This document shows positions 63,301-64,000 of a stretch of 64,000 bases of DNA, one piece after another. This DNA comes from Nitrosopumilaceae archaeon. Its GTDB lineage: Archaea; Thermoproteota; Nitrososphaeria; Nitrososphaerales; Nitrosopumilaceae. The DNA lies in the NCBI GenBank assembly GCA_965208905.1, contig OZ242365.1, positions 1,824,001 through 1,888,000 of the forward strand, read 5' to 3'. The first letter of the stretch is position 1. The number at the start of each line of letters is the position of its first letter. The notes below the pieces were generated by a model. That model was not told where the DNA came from. It was given only the letters and a program-made list of their open reading frames with translations, and made no database searches. Both the position numbers and the translations under genes were made by a program.

Positions 63301-64000
63301 ATTCTCCACATATCAGTCACCGAGGAGACGTCCCATGTGTTGAGGGGTTGGTTGAAGGAGGTGGCGTGGCGGAACATGGCGCCCATATCGGTCACCGAGG
63401 AGACATTCCAGGTGGAGATGTCTTGGTTGAAGGAGGAGGCGCCGTCGAACATGTACCACATATCAGTCACCGAGGAGACGTCCCATGTGTTGAGGGGTTG
63501 GTTGAAGGAGGTGGCGCCCTCAAACATTCTCCACATATCAGTCACCGAGGAGACATTCCAGGTGGAGATGTCCTGGTTGAAGGTGTCGGCACCGTGGAAC
63601 ATAACGTTCATGCGGGTCACCGAGGAGACATCCCAGGTGTCCAGGGGTTGGTTGAAGGAGGAGGCGTGGCTGAACATGTTGGACATGTAGTTGACTGAGG
63701 AGACATCCCAAGAGGAGATATCTTGATTGAAGGAGGTGGCGTTATGGAACATGTAGACCATGACCCTGACCGAGGAAACATCCCAGGAGGAGATGTCCTG
63801 ATTGAAGGAGGTGGCGCCAGAGAACATGCCGGCCATGCGGGTCACCGAGGATACGTCCCAGTCTCCGATGTCCTGATCGAACCTGGCAGTGTCGCTGAAC
63901 ATGTATTCCATGTCGGTCACCGAGGAGACATCCCAGGAGGAGATGTCCTGATTGAAGGAGGTGGCGTTATGGAACATGTAGACCATGACCCTGACCGAGG
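60313..64000 (-). CDS. Paralog of the 39802-47127 surface protein (5' part outside window) with a 1-nt deletion frameshift near 63291
   Basis: At least 19 DUF285 units, the same cadherin-like linker and LVIVD-like C-terminus; ORFs 63243-63986 and 60313-63246 join if one base is restored. Confidence 0.85.
62584..64000 (-). repeat. DUF285 coding array, at least 19 units
   Basis: 75-bp period continuing to the window edge. Confidence 0.9.

Noticed and set aside
39802-64000. Diversity-generating retroelement as the source of repeat variation
   Set aside because: No reverse transcriptase or non-coding template repeat in the window, and the differences are not confined to adenines.

Overview
Archaeal chromosome segment, most consistent with a Nitrosopumilaceae / Cenarchaeum-like ammonia-oxidising thaumarchaeon and probably host (sponge)-associated. 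That call is inferred from thaumarchaeosortase, NreA, L40e, a BHB-intron tRNA, and the expansion of BspA/DUF285, FN3 and LVIVD-like surface proteins and IS elements. An AT-rich housekeeping backbone (mvk-idi-GGPPS, sucCD, rpl40e, tRNA-Val, ilvA, folD, dinB, thiC, tyrA/CM-aminotransferase/aroC) is interrupted by accessory islands at about 6.2-15.2, 27.3-35.0, 38.8-49.8 and 55.5-64 kb. Main highlights: (1) an apparently intact 3.6-kb IS6-like transposon with about 50-bp TIRs that carries a complete NotI-like restriction-modification system and an AbrB-like controller with paired operator palindromes. (2) A 1.05-kb TIR-bounded, transposase-less cassette holding a small orphan ORF and densely base-paired non-coding DNA, a candidate structured RNA. 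(3) Three giant GC-rich surface-protein genes with about 59 75-bp DUF285 repeats that mix a constant scaffold with hypervariable positions; two of these genes are near-identical inverted paralogs. (4) An AbiE-like toxin-antitoxin pair, a tRNA with a non-canonical 44/45 intron, and a probable eroded ipk gene. All calls were made by eye from motifs; no database search or folding program was run.
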